A DNA stretch of 56,528 nt from Acidobacteriaceae bacterium (lineage in GTDB: Bacteria > Acidobacteriota > Terriglobia > Terriglobales > Acidobacteriaceae), in contig PMGP01000449.1 of NCBI GenBank assembly GCA_003156235.1, forward strand, positions 1 through 56,528. The letters are read 5' to 3'. Below, piece after piece: positions 48,138 to 56,528 of this stretch. The position numbers were made by a program, and so were the translations under genes. Numbering within the stretch: position 1 is the stretch's first letter; each line of letters begins with the position of its first letter. The notes under the pieces are model-generated. The model did no database searches, had not been told where the DNA came from, and saw only the letters and a list, made by a program, of their open reading frames with translations.

Positions 48138-50357
48138 ATGTCTCGATTTGTGCTGCCGGCCGTCCTGCTGCTGCTCGCGCCTGGGATTTGTTCCCCAGCG
48201 GTAGCGCAGACCGCCAATTCATCGCTCTCCGACGAAGTCAACGTAATGGTTGGCACCGACGCGGGCGGGCAGACTTTTCCGGCAACCGGGGTTCCGTTTG
48301 CCATGACCCAATGGACGCCGCAGACCCGCGCTGGCGAAGACAAATGCGTTGCGCCCTATTATGCGTCCGACACCCGTATTCAAGGCTTTCGCGGCAGCCA
48401 CTATCTCAGCGGCTCATGCGCGCAGGACTACGGCAGCTTCACCCTCATGCCGTTAGTCAGCGCGGCCAAGCTGGGTGCGGCCGAGCAGTCCTCCTCTTTT
48501 TCACGAGCCACTGAACATGCCTTCCCCTACCTCTATTCGGTCGACCTTACCGACAGCGGAATTCACGCCGAGATAACCGGCTCGCAACGCTCCGGGATGA
48601 TGCGCTTCCGCTTTGCAGCGGGGCAGAAAACCGGCTGGCTGTCGGTGGAAAACAACTTGCGGCTGGGCCGTGGCACGGTTCGCATCGATCCGGTGCGGCA
48701 GGAGATCACGGGAGCGAACCCGGTTTATCGAATCTACGCCGGCGACGGTCAACCGGCGGGATTTTCCGGCTATGTAGTCATTCAGTTCGACCATCCGTTC
48801 AAAGCGGGAGGAACCTGGGCCGGTTCGGTTCGCCATGAAGGTGCGCTCGAGCGGAGTTCGACCGCCGCCAGACCGGGAGCGTTTGTTTCCTTCGATCTGC
48901 CCGCCGACGAGACCGTCATGGCGCGCATCGGGACCTCGTTCACCAGCATCGAGGAGGCGCGCCGCAATCTCTCCGCGGAGATGCCGGACTGGGACTTCGA
49001 CGCCGCGGTGGCGCGCGCGCGCGATGCCTGGAACGCCGCTCTGAGCGTGATCCAGGTGGCGGGCAACTCTCCCGACCGGCGCATCTTCTACACCGCTCTC
49101 TACCACTCCATGCTTCTGCCCCGCATCTTCAGCGACCGCATCGGAACCTATCCGCGCTTTGGCGGCGGCGGGGCGATTGAAACGGCGAAGGGCTTCACAT
49201 ATTACTGCGACTATTCGGTCTGGGACACCTTTCGCGCGGTCCATCCGCTGCTGACGATTCTCGATCCGGACCGCGAACGGGAGATGGTCGAGTCGCTCAT
49301 CGCCAAGGGAGAGCAGGGAGGCTTTCTGCCCATCTTCCCGGCGTGGAACAGTTACACGGCGGAGATGGTGGGCGATCATGCCGGCGCCATTATTACCGAC
49401 GCCTATGTGAAAGGAATTCGTGGTTTCGATGCGGAGGCGGCCTACCGGCTGATGCGCAAGAACGCCATGGAGCATCCGGCGACTGAGACGGACTATCGCA
49501 ATGGCCAAGGCCGGCGCGCGTTAGACTCCTACCTCAAGTACGGCTACATTCCCCTCGAGGACCATGTGCCCTTTGCCTTCCACGGGAACGAACAGGTCTC
49601 CCGTACCCTCGAATATGCCTATGACGACTACGTCCTGAGCGAGCTGGCTCGCGCCTTGGGCCACACCGCGGATGCCGAGATATTTGCCAAGCGCGCTCAG
49701 AACTATCGGAATGTAATCGATCCGGAGACCGGATTCGCGCGCGGCCGCCATGCCGACGGCGCTTGGGATTCGCCCTTCGATCCGGCCGCCAAGTACACCT
49801 ATATCACTGAGTCGACCCCGTATGTGTACACCTTTTTTGTTCTTCAGGACATTCCGGGGCTGATTGAGGCGGTTCATGGCCGCCAGGCCTTTGAAGACAA
49901 GCTGGACGCGCTCTTCGCCGGCGGTTACTACGATCACGGCAACGAGCCGAGCCACCACATCGCGTATCTTTACGACGATGCCGGCGTTCCGGCAAAGACC
50001 CAGTGGCATGTCCACGAGGTGATGTCCAAGCTCTATCGAGACAGCAACGACGGCCTTGCGGGCAACGACGATGCCGGGCAGATGTCGGCCTGGTACGTGA
50101 TGTCCGCGATGGGCTTTTATGCGGTCACGCCCGGCACTCCGCGCTACTCCATCGGAACTCCTCGCTTCGACGACCTGACCGTGAAGGTTGGCCAGAATCG
50201 GTGGCTCCATATCCGGGCCGAGGGCGCGGAGGCCGGCAAGTTTTATGTGCGGTCGGTACGTTTGAATGGCGTTCTTCTGCAACGCACCTACCTGCTTCAC
50301 TCTGAGATCGTGGGAGGAGGGGAGCTGGTCTTCGAGATGAGCGACCATCCCGCATGA
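48138..50357 (+). CDS. GH92 alpha-mannosidase, secreted
   Basis: PFAMTQWTP, FYTALYH, SVWDTFRA.HPL, SRTLEYAYDD, HGNEPSHH, GNDDAGQMSAWY. Confidence 0.93.
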   Translation: MSRFVLPAVLLLLAPGICSPAVAQTANSSLSDEVNVMVGTDAGGQTFPATGVPFAMTQWTPQTRAGEDKCVAPYYASDTRIQGFRGSHYLSGSCAQDYGSFTLMPLVSAAKLGAAEQSSSFSRATEHAFPYLYSVDLTDSGIHAEITGSQRSGMMRFRFAAGQKTGWLSVENNLRLGRGTVRIDPVRQEITGANPVYRIYAGDGQPAGFSGYVVIQFDHPFKAGGTWAGSVRHEGALERSSTAARPGAFVSFDLPADETVMARIGTSFTSIEEARRNLSAEMPDWDFDAAVARARDAWNAALSVIQVAGNSPDRRIFYTALYHSMLLPRIFSDRIGTYPRFGGGGAIETAKGFTYYCDYSVWDTFRAVHPLLTILDPDREREMVESLIAKGEQGGFLPIFPAWNSYTAEMVGDHAGAIITDAYVKGIRGFDAEAAYRLMRKNAMEHPATETDYRNGQGRRALDSYLKYGYIPLEDHVPFAFHGNEQVSRTLEYAYDDYVLSELARALGHTADAEIFAKRAQNYRNVIDPETGFARGRHADGAWDSPFDPAAKYTYITESTPYVYTFFVLQDIPGLIEAVHGRQAFEDKLDALFAGGYYDHGNEPSHHIAYLYDDAGVPAKTQWHVHEVMSKLYRDSNDGLAGNDDAGQMSAWYVMSAMGFYAVTPGTPRYSIGTPRFDDLTVKVGQNRWLHIRAEGAEAGKFYVRSVRLNGVLLQRTYLLHSEIVGGGELVFEMSDHPA

Positions 50358-50371
50358 TGGCCGATTCGCTC

Positions 50372-50427
50372 TTAACGTGTCTTTCTCATAGCGTTCTCAC
50401 AATATTCTTACAGTGAATTCACTTGCC
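50372..50427 (+). promoter_or_regulatory. 56-bp upstream element, copy 1 (11-bp-phased TTCTnA units plus palindrome AGTGAATTCACT)
   Basis: 50/56 identical to 52242-52297. Confidence 0.7.
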
Positions 50428-50539
50428 AGCAATGCTCGGTAACGTCAGTATGGTTACGCTCAGAAAAGCACTGAGTTACCGGCATGACATTTCTCAACAG
50501 GTGTGGATAAACAGACTGACTGTGCCGTGACCGGTATGA

Positions 50540-52045
50540 GTGAACTCGTGTTGCCCCGGCATTGCCCCGGACATTCGGGATCAGGAAAAAATGAAGCAGC
50601 AAGGAATGCTGTTATTCATGCAAAACAATCAATCAGCGCCCTCCGCCGGAGGGCGTGGAAATGGAATCGACATGCGTACATTCGCTGATGCAAGCAAGAA
50701 ATTGGTACTCGCAACCGTTTTTGCAGCCGTGACAACTTTCTCGGCATCTTCCGGGAACTGCCAAACTGGCGGTTCGTTCTCCGTTCTTTCCTACAACGTA
50801 GATGGTCTTCCGCAGATTCTGCAGGATGGCCGTTTTCCCGGCGGCAATCCGCCACTCTACACGCCGTATATCGGCGCCAAAGTCATTCCCTACGACATCG
50901 TCAACGTGCAGGAAGACTTCAATTCTCACGCCGCCCTCTACGCCGCTGACACGCATCCCTATCGCACCGCGACCAGCGGCGGCGCCGGCGTCGGATCGGG
51001 CCTGAACACCATGTCCAACTTTCCCTTTTCCGACGACATCGATCGGGTGACTTGGACCAATCTCAGCCTCGAAGAAGCCAACAGCCTGACCCCCAAGGGA
51101 TTTACCTGGCTTCGGCTGCGCATTGCCGAAGGTGTCTATATCGACTACTACAACCTCCATGCCAATTCCGGAACCGATTATGCAGATGAAGAGACGGACC
51201 GCGCGGATAACATCAACCAGATCGTTGCTTACATCAACGCCAATTCTGTTGGCAATGCAGTGATCGTGACCGGCGATACCAACGCCCGCTATACCCGCGT
51301 GGAAGACAATATCCGCAATCTGCTCGACATTATGACGGGCGATCCTTGGGTCAACCTGGAGCAGGGCGGTGTGCCGCCCGCTGCTGGTTCGGCAACAATA
51401 GGCTGGGATCCGGCGGTCAATTACCCTACTCCGCTGACTCCGGCGCAGTATGTCTACGAAGTCGTGGACAAGATGTTCTACCGCAGCAACAACTACATCA
51501 CCTTCACGCCGTACAACTACAACATGCCCGACGCCACCTTCCGCGATCCCTCGGGGAACATGCTCTCGGACCACTATCCGATCTCGGTGAACTTTAACTA
51601 CACCCTCAACCCCCACTTCAAGTTCAGCGACCAGTTCGGCGGACCGCACGGCACCAGCTACAATGACGTGAATTCTCTACCCACAGCCCCCGTCGTGCAA
51701 TCCATCGGAATGCGCAGCGGAAGCCGTGTCGATCAGGTCAATCTCACCCTCTCCAACGGAACCGAGTTTGTTCACGGTGGAACCGGCGGATCTCCTCAAT
51801 CCCTGCTCCTGGGCACAAGCGAGTATGTAACCAGCGTGACCATGAATTCCGGGTCGTACAATGGTAATACACGCGTCTTTTACGCCAAGTTCACCACTAA
51901 CCTCGGCCGGACCCTCTCCGGCGGCGCCACCACTGGTTCCACGGTTACCTACACCGCTCCCGCGGGTTGGCAGATCGTTGGTTTCCATGGCCGCTGCGGA
52001 GACGAATTGGACAAGGCGGGCGTCATCTATGCACGTGTTAACTGA
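50540..52045 (+). CDS. Secreted endonuclease/exonuclease/phosphatase (sphingomyelinase-like) domain fused to a jacalin-like lectin domain
   Basis: SYNVDGLP, VQEDF, NLHA, GDTN, DKMFYR, LSDHYP; C-terminal GGPHG..., HGGTGG, IVGFHGR.G.ELD; start probably downstream of 50540. Confidence 0.85.
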   Translation: MNSCCPGIAPDIRDQEKMKQQGMLLFMQNNQSAPSAGGRGNGIDMRTFADASKKLVLATVFAAVTTFSASSGNCQTGGSFSVLSYNVDGLPQILQDGRFPGGNPPLYTPYIGAKVIPYDIVNVQEDFNSHAALYAADTHPYRTATSGGAGVGSGLNTMSNFPFSDDIDRVTWTNLSLEEANSLTPKGFTWLRLRIAEGVYIDYYNLHANSGTDYADEETDRADNINQIVAYINANSVGNAVIVTGDTNARYTRVEDNIRNLLDIMTGDPWVNLEQGGVPPAAGSATIGWDPAVNYPTPLTPAQYVYEVVDKMFYRSNNYITFTPYNYNMPDATFRDPSGNMLSDHYPISVNFNYTLNPHFKFSDQFGGPHGTSYNDVNSLPTAPVVQSIGMRSGSRVDQVNLTLSNGTEFVHGGTGGSPQSLLLGTSEYVTSVTMNSGSYNGNTRVFYAKFTTNLGRTLSGGATTGSTVTYTAPAGWQIVGFHGRCGDELDKAGVIYARVN

Positions 52046-52241
52046 GCAGTATCCGGCAACCTGTGTATGAGGGTACGCCACTGCTTGCGCCCATCATCGA
52101 CGATGTAAAGAATTGGTTTGGCGCGTAGGCGGTGGCGTACTGCTGGATTCGCTTCGCTCCGGGATTGTTTATAGCCGGATAAAGGGGATTTGCACAAGAC
52201 GATGGTCCAAAGCCATGACCGATTTGCTCTTGCTTCGCTTT

Positions 52242-52297
52242 TTAACGTGTATTTCTTACAGAGTTCTAACAATGTTCTTACAGTGAATTCACTTGCC
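52242..52297 (+). promoter_or_regulatory. 56-bp upstream element, copy 2
   Basis: Near-identical to 50372-50427; upstream of TBDR4. Confidence 0.7.
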
Positions 52298-52459
52298 CAT
52301 CGTGGAGTAGTAAGGGCAGTATCCATGATGAAAGCTAATCACATGGAGTTGCGGGTGGTAGTTCCGGTCTGCAAAACCGGACTCTGCCATAGCCTTGCAA
52401 TCAATGCGATGGACCAGTTTTACCGCTTTTCACAAAAAACGAAGGATTTGGAGGCAGTA

Positions 52460-55400
52460 ATGAAAACGGATATGCACACGTGTTCAATAAGGTTGAGCAC
52501 ACTTCAAACGAGAGCCTGGAGGGTGTTCACCCTCTTTGCCAGCCTGTTGCTCACCCTTGCCTTGGCGCCTGGCGCCATGGCGCAAACCATTACCGGAACC
52601 ATCACCGGTACGGTAACCGACGCCACCGGAGCGATTGTCTCCGGAGCGGTCGTCACCATTCGCAATGTGGACACCAACGCCACACGCACCATCAAGTCAT
52701 CCGATTTCGGCACATACACGGTCACACAGTTGCCGCCCGGATACTATAGCGTGAAGATCGACAAGGCCGGCTTCAAGCTCTTTGAGCAGAGCAACATCAA
52801 CCTGCAGATCGACCAGGTACAGCTCATCAATGCAAAGCTCGAGGTTGGCTCGATGGGTGAGACCATCACTGTCACCAGCGCGCCTCCGGTGATTCAGAGC
52901 GAGCAGTCGTCCGTTGGTATGGTACTCGACAGCAACGACATTCAGAGTGCCCCGCTGAATGGCCGCCTGAGCTTGTATGGCATGTTCCAAATGGTTCCGG
53001 GCGTGCAAAACGTGCCTGTTGCACAGGACGGCTTTCCGGCCAAAGGCGTTACCATGTCGGTCGGTTCGACGCGCCGCAACTCCTACGGCTCCATGGTACA
53101 AACGCTCGATGGCGCAGTCAACTTAGAGGTATATCTGCAGCGTGTTCTTGCCGAAGTGCCTTCGCTGGATGCGTTGAGCGAGTTCAAGACGATCACCACC
53201 GGCGCTCCGGCGGAGTCTCAGCCGCAAGCGCAGGTCAACGTCGTCACCAAGAGCGGAACCAATAAATTTCACGGCGAGCTGTTGTGGTTCAACCGTTCCA
53301 AGGGCCTGAACGCCAAGAACGACAACATCACCTACACGCACCTGCAGGCCGAGACGGGTGATGTGCGCGCACCTTATGAGCGCAATGAGTTTGGCGGCAA
53401 CTTCGCCGGACCCATTGTTGTGCCCCACTTCTACAACGGTCACGACAGGTCGTTCTTCTTTGCGGCCTTCGAGGGATTCGACTTCACCAACTCATCGTTG
53501 ACCGGCAGCAATCAGCCGACCGACAAGATGCGCGCCGGTGATTTCTCGGACTACGCGCCGGGCGGAGCCTGCTACAACGGCACCACCCTTTCCCTGACCA
53601 ATCCGTTAACGGGAGCCAGTCTGGGAACCCAGGTTACAAGCATCAACACGGTATCCGCCAAGCTGCTCACCATGCTCTATCCGCACGCTACAAACCAGAG
53701 CATGTGTCCGCTGTCGGGCAACACGAACACATGGGAGAACATCAGTTACACGCAGTCGGCTCGCCGCTTCTCGCTGCGTCTCGATCATAAGCTCACCGAT
53801 AAGGATCAGCTTCGCGGCACCTTCCTGCATGCCTTCTATGGCCCTTATCCCGCCAGCTTTAATGATAGCCTTCAAGGCGGCAACAGTGGCATCGGCGATC
53901 ACAATGTCGATGGAATCTTCGGCTGGACGCATATGTTCTCGTCCTCGCTTCTGCTCGATGTTCCGGTTTCTTACAAGCATTTGGACATCTACCGCCTGCC
54001 GCACAGGCTGGAAAGCTTTGGAGCTGTCGTTCCCGGCCTGGGTACGATAGCCGGCGACGGCGCTCCAGCTATCAACATCTCCAATCCCAGCACCTCGTCC
54101 TACAAGACCTCAATTACCGGCGTGAGCGACAGCACGGGCGGCTACCCAGGTCTCGAGCAGGACGGTAATCTTAATCCGACGCTGACTTGGGTCCGTCCTC
54201 GCCACACCATCAAGGTGGGCGGCACGTTCCTGCTGCATGATTGGTATACTTCCAGCGCGGTCACCAACGGCGGCTTCACCTTTGCCGGCGGCATAACTCC
54301 GTACTCGGGCGATGCCTTTGCGGACTTCTTGATGGGCGTTCCCTACTCAGCGTCGAACGGCCAGCCTTCCGGCCGCATTCCGCAGCGCTTCTTCACCTTC
54401 GAGTATGGCTTATTTGCTCAGGATGACTGGAAGGTGAATAACAAGCTGACCGTCAATATCGGCGCCCGTGTCGACAAGCAGTGGTTCAGCGATGACCGCT
54501 TTGGCCGCAACTCGCTGTGGATTCCCGAACAGCAAAAGCTGGTCATGTTCACCGACTCCGCTACTTTGCCCACCAACGTGGTCAGCGCCTATATGTCAAC
54601 GCTTCAGAGCGCCAACGCTGTCGAAACCTCGAAGACTGCCGGCATGAGCAGCAAGGCATGGGACTATCTGAACGAGCCCAAGCCTACTTTTGCCCCGCGT
54701 CTGGGATTTGCTTATCAGGTAATCCCGAAGACCGTGATTCGCGGATCCTATGGCCTGTTCTACAACCTGCTGGCTGAGGATTACACCACGGCCTATATGC
54801 AGGGTCAGGTTCCGTACTCCGGCTCGGCTTCCTACACCAACGGCAACACGGCCTCCAGCAGCAGCTTCACCATGAGCAACCCGTTTGCGACCGCGGGCAG
54901 CTTTTCGGCGACGAGCTTCGGCATCAACGCGGAACACAAGATCGTTACTCCTTACAGCACTGCCTATAACTTGCAGGTGGAGCGCGAACTTCCGTACAGC
55001 ATCGCTCTACGCGTGGGATATGTCGGCATGCACAACATGAAGCAGAATGACAACGGCAGCACGAACTCCATTAGCCTCAATGTGCCGGCGGGCAATCTAC
55101 CGCGCATTTACGCTCATTCCGACGGTCATGGCGGCGCCAATATTGGCGTGGCGAACTCGGATTACAACTACCCGGTCTTCGCCAATGGCCTTTCAGGCTA
55201 CAACTACCCCTACTACCACACCGTTTTGAACTCGTTGCAGGCGGGCCTTCGCAAGCAGTACAGCGGCGGTTCCTCAGTCAACGTGGAGTTCCAGTGGACG
55301 CGCATTCTGGGCGTGGAACAGTTCTTGAACCCAACCGGCGTAACACCGCACGACTCCTATGGGCCTGTCGGCGGCATCACCCCGCTGGTGCTGGCTTTGA

Positions 55401-56023
55401 ACTACACCTACGCGCTGCCCTTTGGCCACGATCGCATGTTCCTGTCAAGCTCCAGTAACCTGGTCGACAAGATTCTTGGCGGCTGGAACTTCTCTGGCGT
55501 GGGCACCTTCCAGACGGGCCAGCCCTTTAACGTTACCTCTGGCCAGAGCGGCACGATGTGGAATGTCGGCGCCGCCCTCCGCCCGAACCGCGTCGCCGGA
55601 CAGTCGCTGTATCCGAGCCACAAGTCGAAGACACAGTGGTTTAATCCCGCGGCTTTTTCCGCCCCACCCTGCTACAACACGATCGAGACCAGTTCACCTA
55701 CCGGATATACATGCAAGCAGGTTGCAACAGCGGGATTCTTGGCAGGTGTTCCCACTTATGTAGGTATCGGCAACGCAGGCTATGACATGCTGCGTGGACC
55801 GGGATGGTGGAACATGGATATGAATCTGGCGAAAACCATCAAGTGGAGCGATCACTACAACGTCCAGTTACGCGCCGACACATTCAATACCTTCAACCAC
55901 CCGAACCTCGGGACTCCTGACTCCAAGTTGACAGATGGTGCGGTGGGCACGATCACGAGCACCTCGAGCGCTCCGCCCTACGAATCGCGCTCGGTTGAGT
56001 TTGGCATGAAGTTCAACTTCTAA
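52460..56023 (+). CDS. TonB-dependent receptor, Oar-like (TBDR4)
   Basis: GGAGG RBS; GTVTDATGA, APLNGR, TKSGTNKFHG, QDDWKV, C-terminal GMKFNF. Confidence 0.92.
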   Translation: MKTDMHTCSIRLSTLQTRAWRVFTLFASLLLTLALAPGAMAQTITGTITGTVTDATGAIVSGAVVTIRNVDTNATRTIKSSDFGTYTVTQLPPGYYSVKIDKAGFKLFEQSNINLQIDQVQLINAKLEVGSMGETITVTSAPPVIQSEQSSVGMVLDSNDIQSAPLNGRLSLYGMFQMVPGVQNVPVAQDGFPAKGVTMSVGSTRRNSYGSMVQTLDGAVNLEVYLQRVLAEVPSLDALSEFKTITTGAPAESQPQAQVNVVTKSGTNKFHGELLWFNRSKGLNAKNDNITYTHLQAETGDVRAPYERNEFGGNFAGPIVVPHFYNGHDRSFFFAAFEGFDFTNSSLTGSNQPTDKMRAGDFSDYAPGGACYNGTTLSLTNPLTGASLGTQVTSINTVSAKLLTMLYPHATNQSMCPLSGNTNTWENISYTQSARRFSLRLDHKLTDKDQLRGTFLHAFYGPYPASFNDSLQGGNSGIGDHNVDGIFGWTHMFSSSLLLDVPVSYKHLDIYRLPHRLESFGAVVPGLGTIAGDGAPAINISNPSTSSYKTSITGVSDSTGGYPGLEQDGNLNPTLTWVRPRHTIKVGGTFLLHDWYTSSAVTNGGFTFAGGITPYSGDAFADFLMGVPYSASNGQPSGRIPQRFFTFEYGLFAQDDWKVNNKLTVNIGARVDKQWFSDDRFGRNSLWIPEQQKLVMFTDSATLPTNVVSAYMSTLQSANAVETSKTAGMSSKAWDYLNEPKPTFAPRLGFAYQVIPKTVIRGSYGLFYNLLAEDYTTAYMQGQVPYSGSASYTNGNTASSSSFTMSNPFATAGSFSATSFGINAEHKIVTPYSTAYNLQVERELPYSIALRVGYVGMHNMKQNDNGSTNSISLNVPAGNLPRIYAHSDGHGGANIGVANSDYNYPVFANGLSGYNYPYYHTVLNSLQAGLRKQYSGGSSVNVEFQWTRILGVEQFLNPTGVTPHDSYGPVGGITPLVLALNYTYALPFGHDRMFLSSSSNLVDKILGGWNFSGVGTFQTGQPFNVTSGQSGTMWNVGAALRPNRVAGQSLYPSHKSKTQWFNPAAFSAPPCYNTIETSSPTGYTCKQVATAGFLAGVPTYVGIGNAGYDMLRGPGWWNMDMNLAKTIKWSDHYNVQLRADTFNTFNHPNLGTPDSKLTDGAVGTITSTSSAPPYESRSVEFGMKFNF

Positions 56024-56058
56024 CACTTCATCGTCAAGTTGAAGTCCAAACGTTTGCA

Positions 56059-56103
56059 GAGTCCGCCCGCTTGCGCAGTTTCAATGCGCCGGCGGGCGGA
56101 CTC
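56059..56103. terminator. Stem-loop downstream of TBDR4
   Basis: GAGTCCGCCCGC ... GCGGGCGGACTC, 12-bp stem; weak U tract. Confidence 0.5.
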
Positions 56104-56528
56104 CGCTTACCTAAAGAATCAAACAGAAAACTCGAGCGTATCCACTCTGCGCTCTCCTTCGTACGCGGGTACACTCCAACTGTGTCCATTCGCAAGGCAA
56201 ACATAACGGAAATTATTCATAAAGAACATAATTGAGAAGACGATATTTAATGTCTCTCGTGTTAGTGTTCGTGGCGTGTGCGGCGAACAATGAGACCAAA
56301 ATTACTCCGCGACCCACAAGTCCGGCCTCAATGAACAAGAACACGCGCGAGCTGTTTCAGGAATCGATGTATTGGCACGCGCATTTCGCCGGTTGCGCTT
56401 GCCAGGATGAAGAAGTTTGATGGAGAGCGTCTGCTGCGCAAGCAGATAACCGATCAGCGCGTCGCCATGGCATGGATTGGACGGGATGTGGTCTATGGCG
56501 GCGAAGCGTAAGCGTCCGAAGTTCCCCT

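Noticed and set aside
56232-56420. Small lipoprotein-like ORF at the window end
   Set aside because: Short, TTG start, no recognisable domain; may be a broken gene but cannot be supported.

Overview
High-GC bacterial window whose gene style (Oar-type TonB-dependent receptors, CRTAC1, SBBP/Ig surface protein, membrane-anchored regulators) suggests an acidobacterium; this taxon call is inference. Left part (1-19.5 kb): an RHS gene broken by an rve-type IS, a tRNA-Pro 3' fragment (att-like), and a sulfate-assimilation locus (cysG, sir, AlgE-type porin ... cysD, cysN, cysH, TauE). The locus is split by a lasso-peptide cluster with B2, cyclase, an unannotated 54-aa precursor, sulfotransferase, two HPr-type kinases, CysC and an RRE. 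Reading the intergenic DNA shows four unannotated Cys-rich leader ORFs in front of the three sulfur transcription units, one followed by an intrinsic terminator, which points to cysteine-sensing attenuation. Two 5' remnants of an RmInt1-like group II intron each sit directly after an IS-terminal-repeat sequence. Right part (20-56.5 kb): four TonB-dependent receptor modules with an ECF sigma/anti-sigma pair, three membrane-anchored regulators, an esterase, a GH92 and an EEP-jacalin enzyme, with phased direct-repeat operator candidates. All calls come from motif reading; no database search was run.
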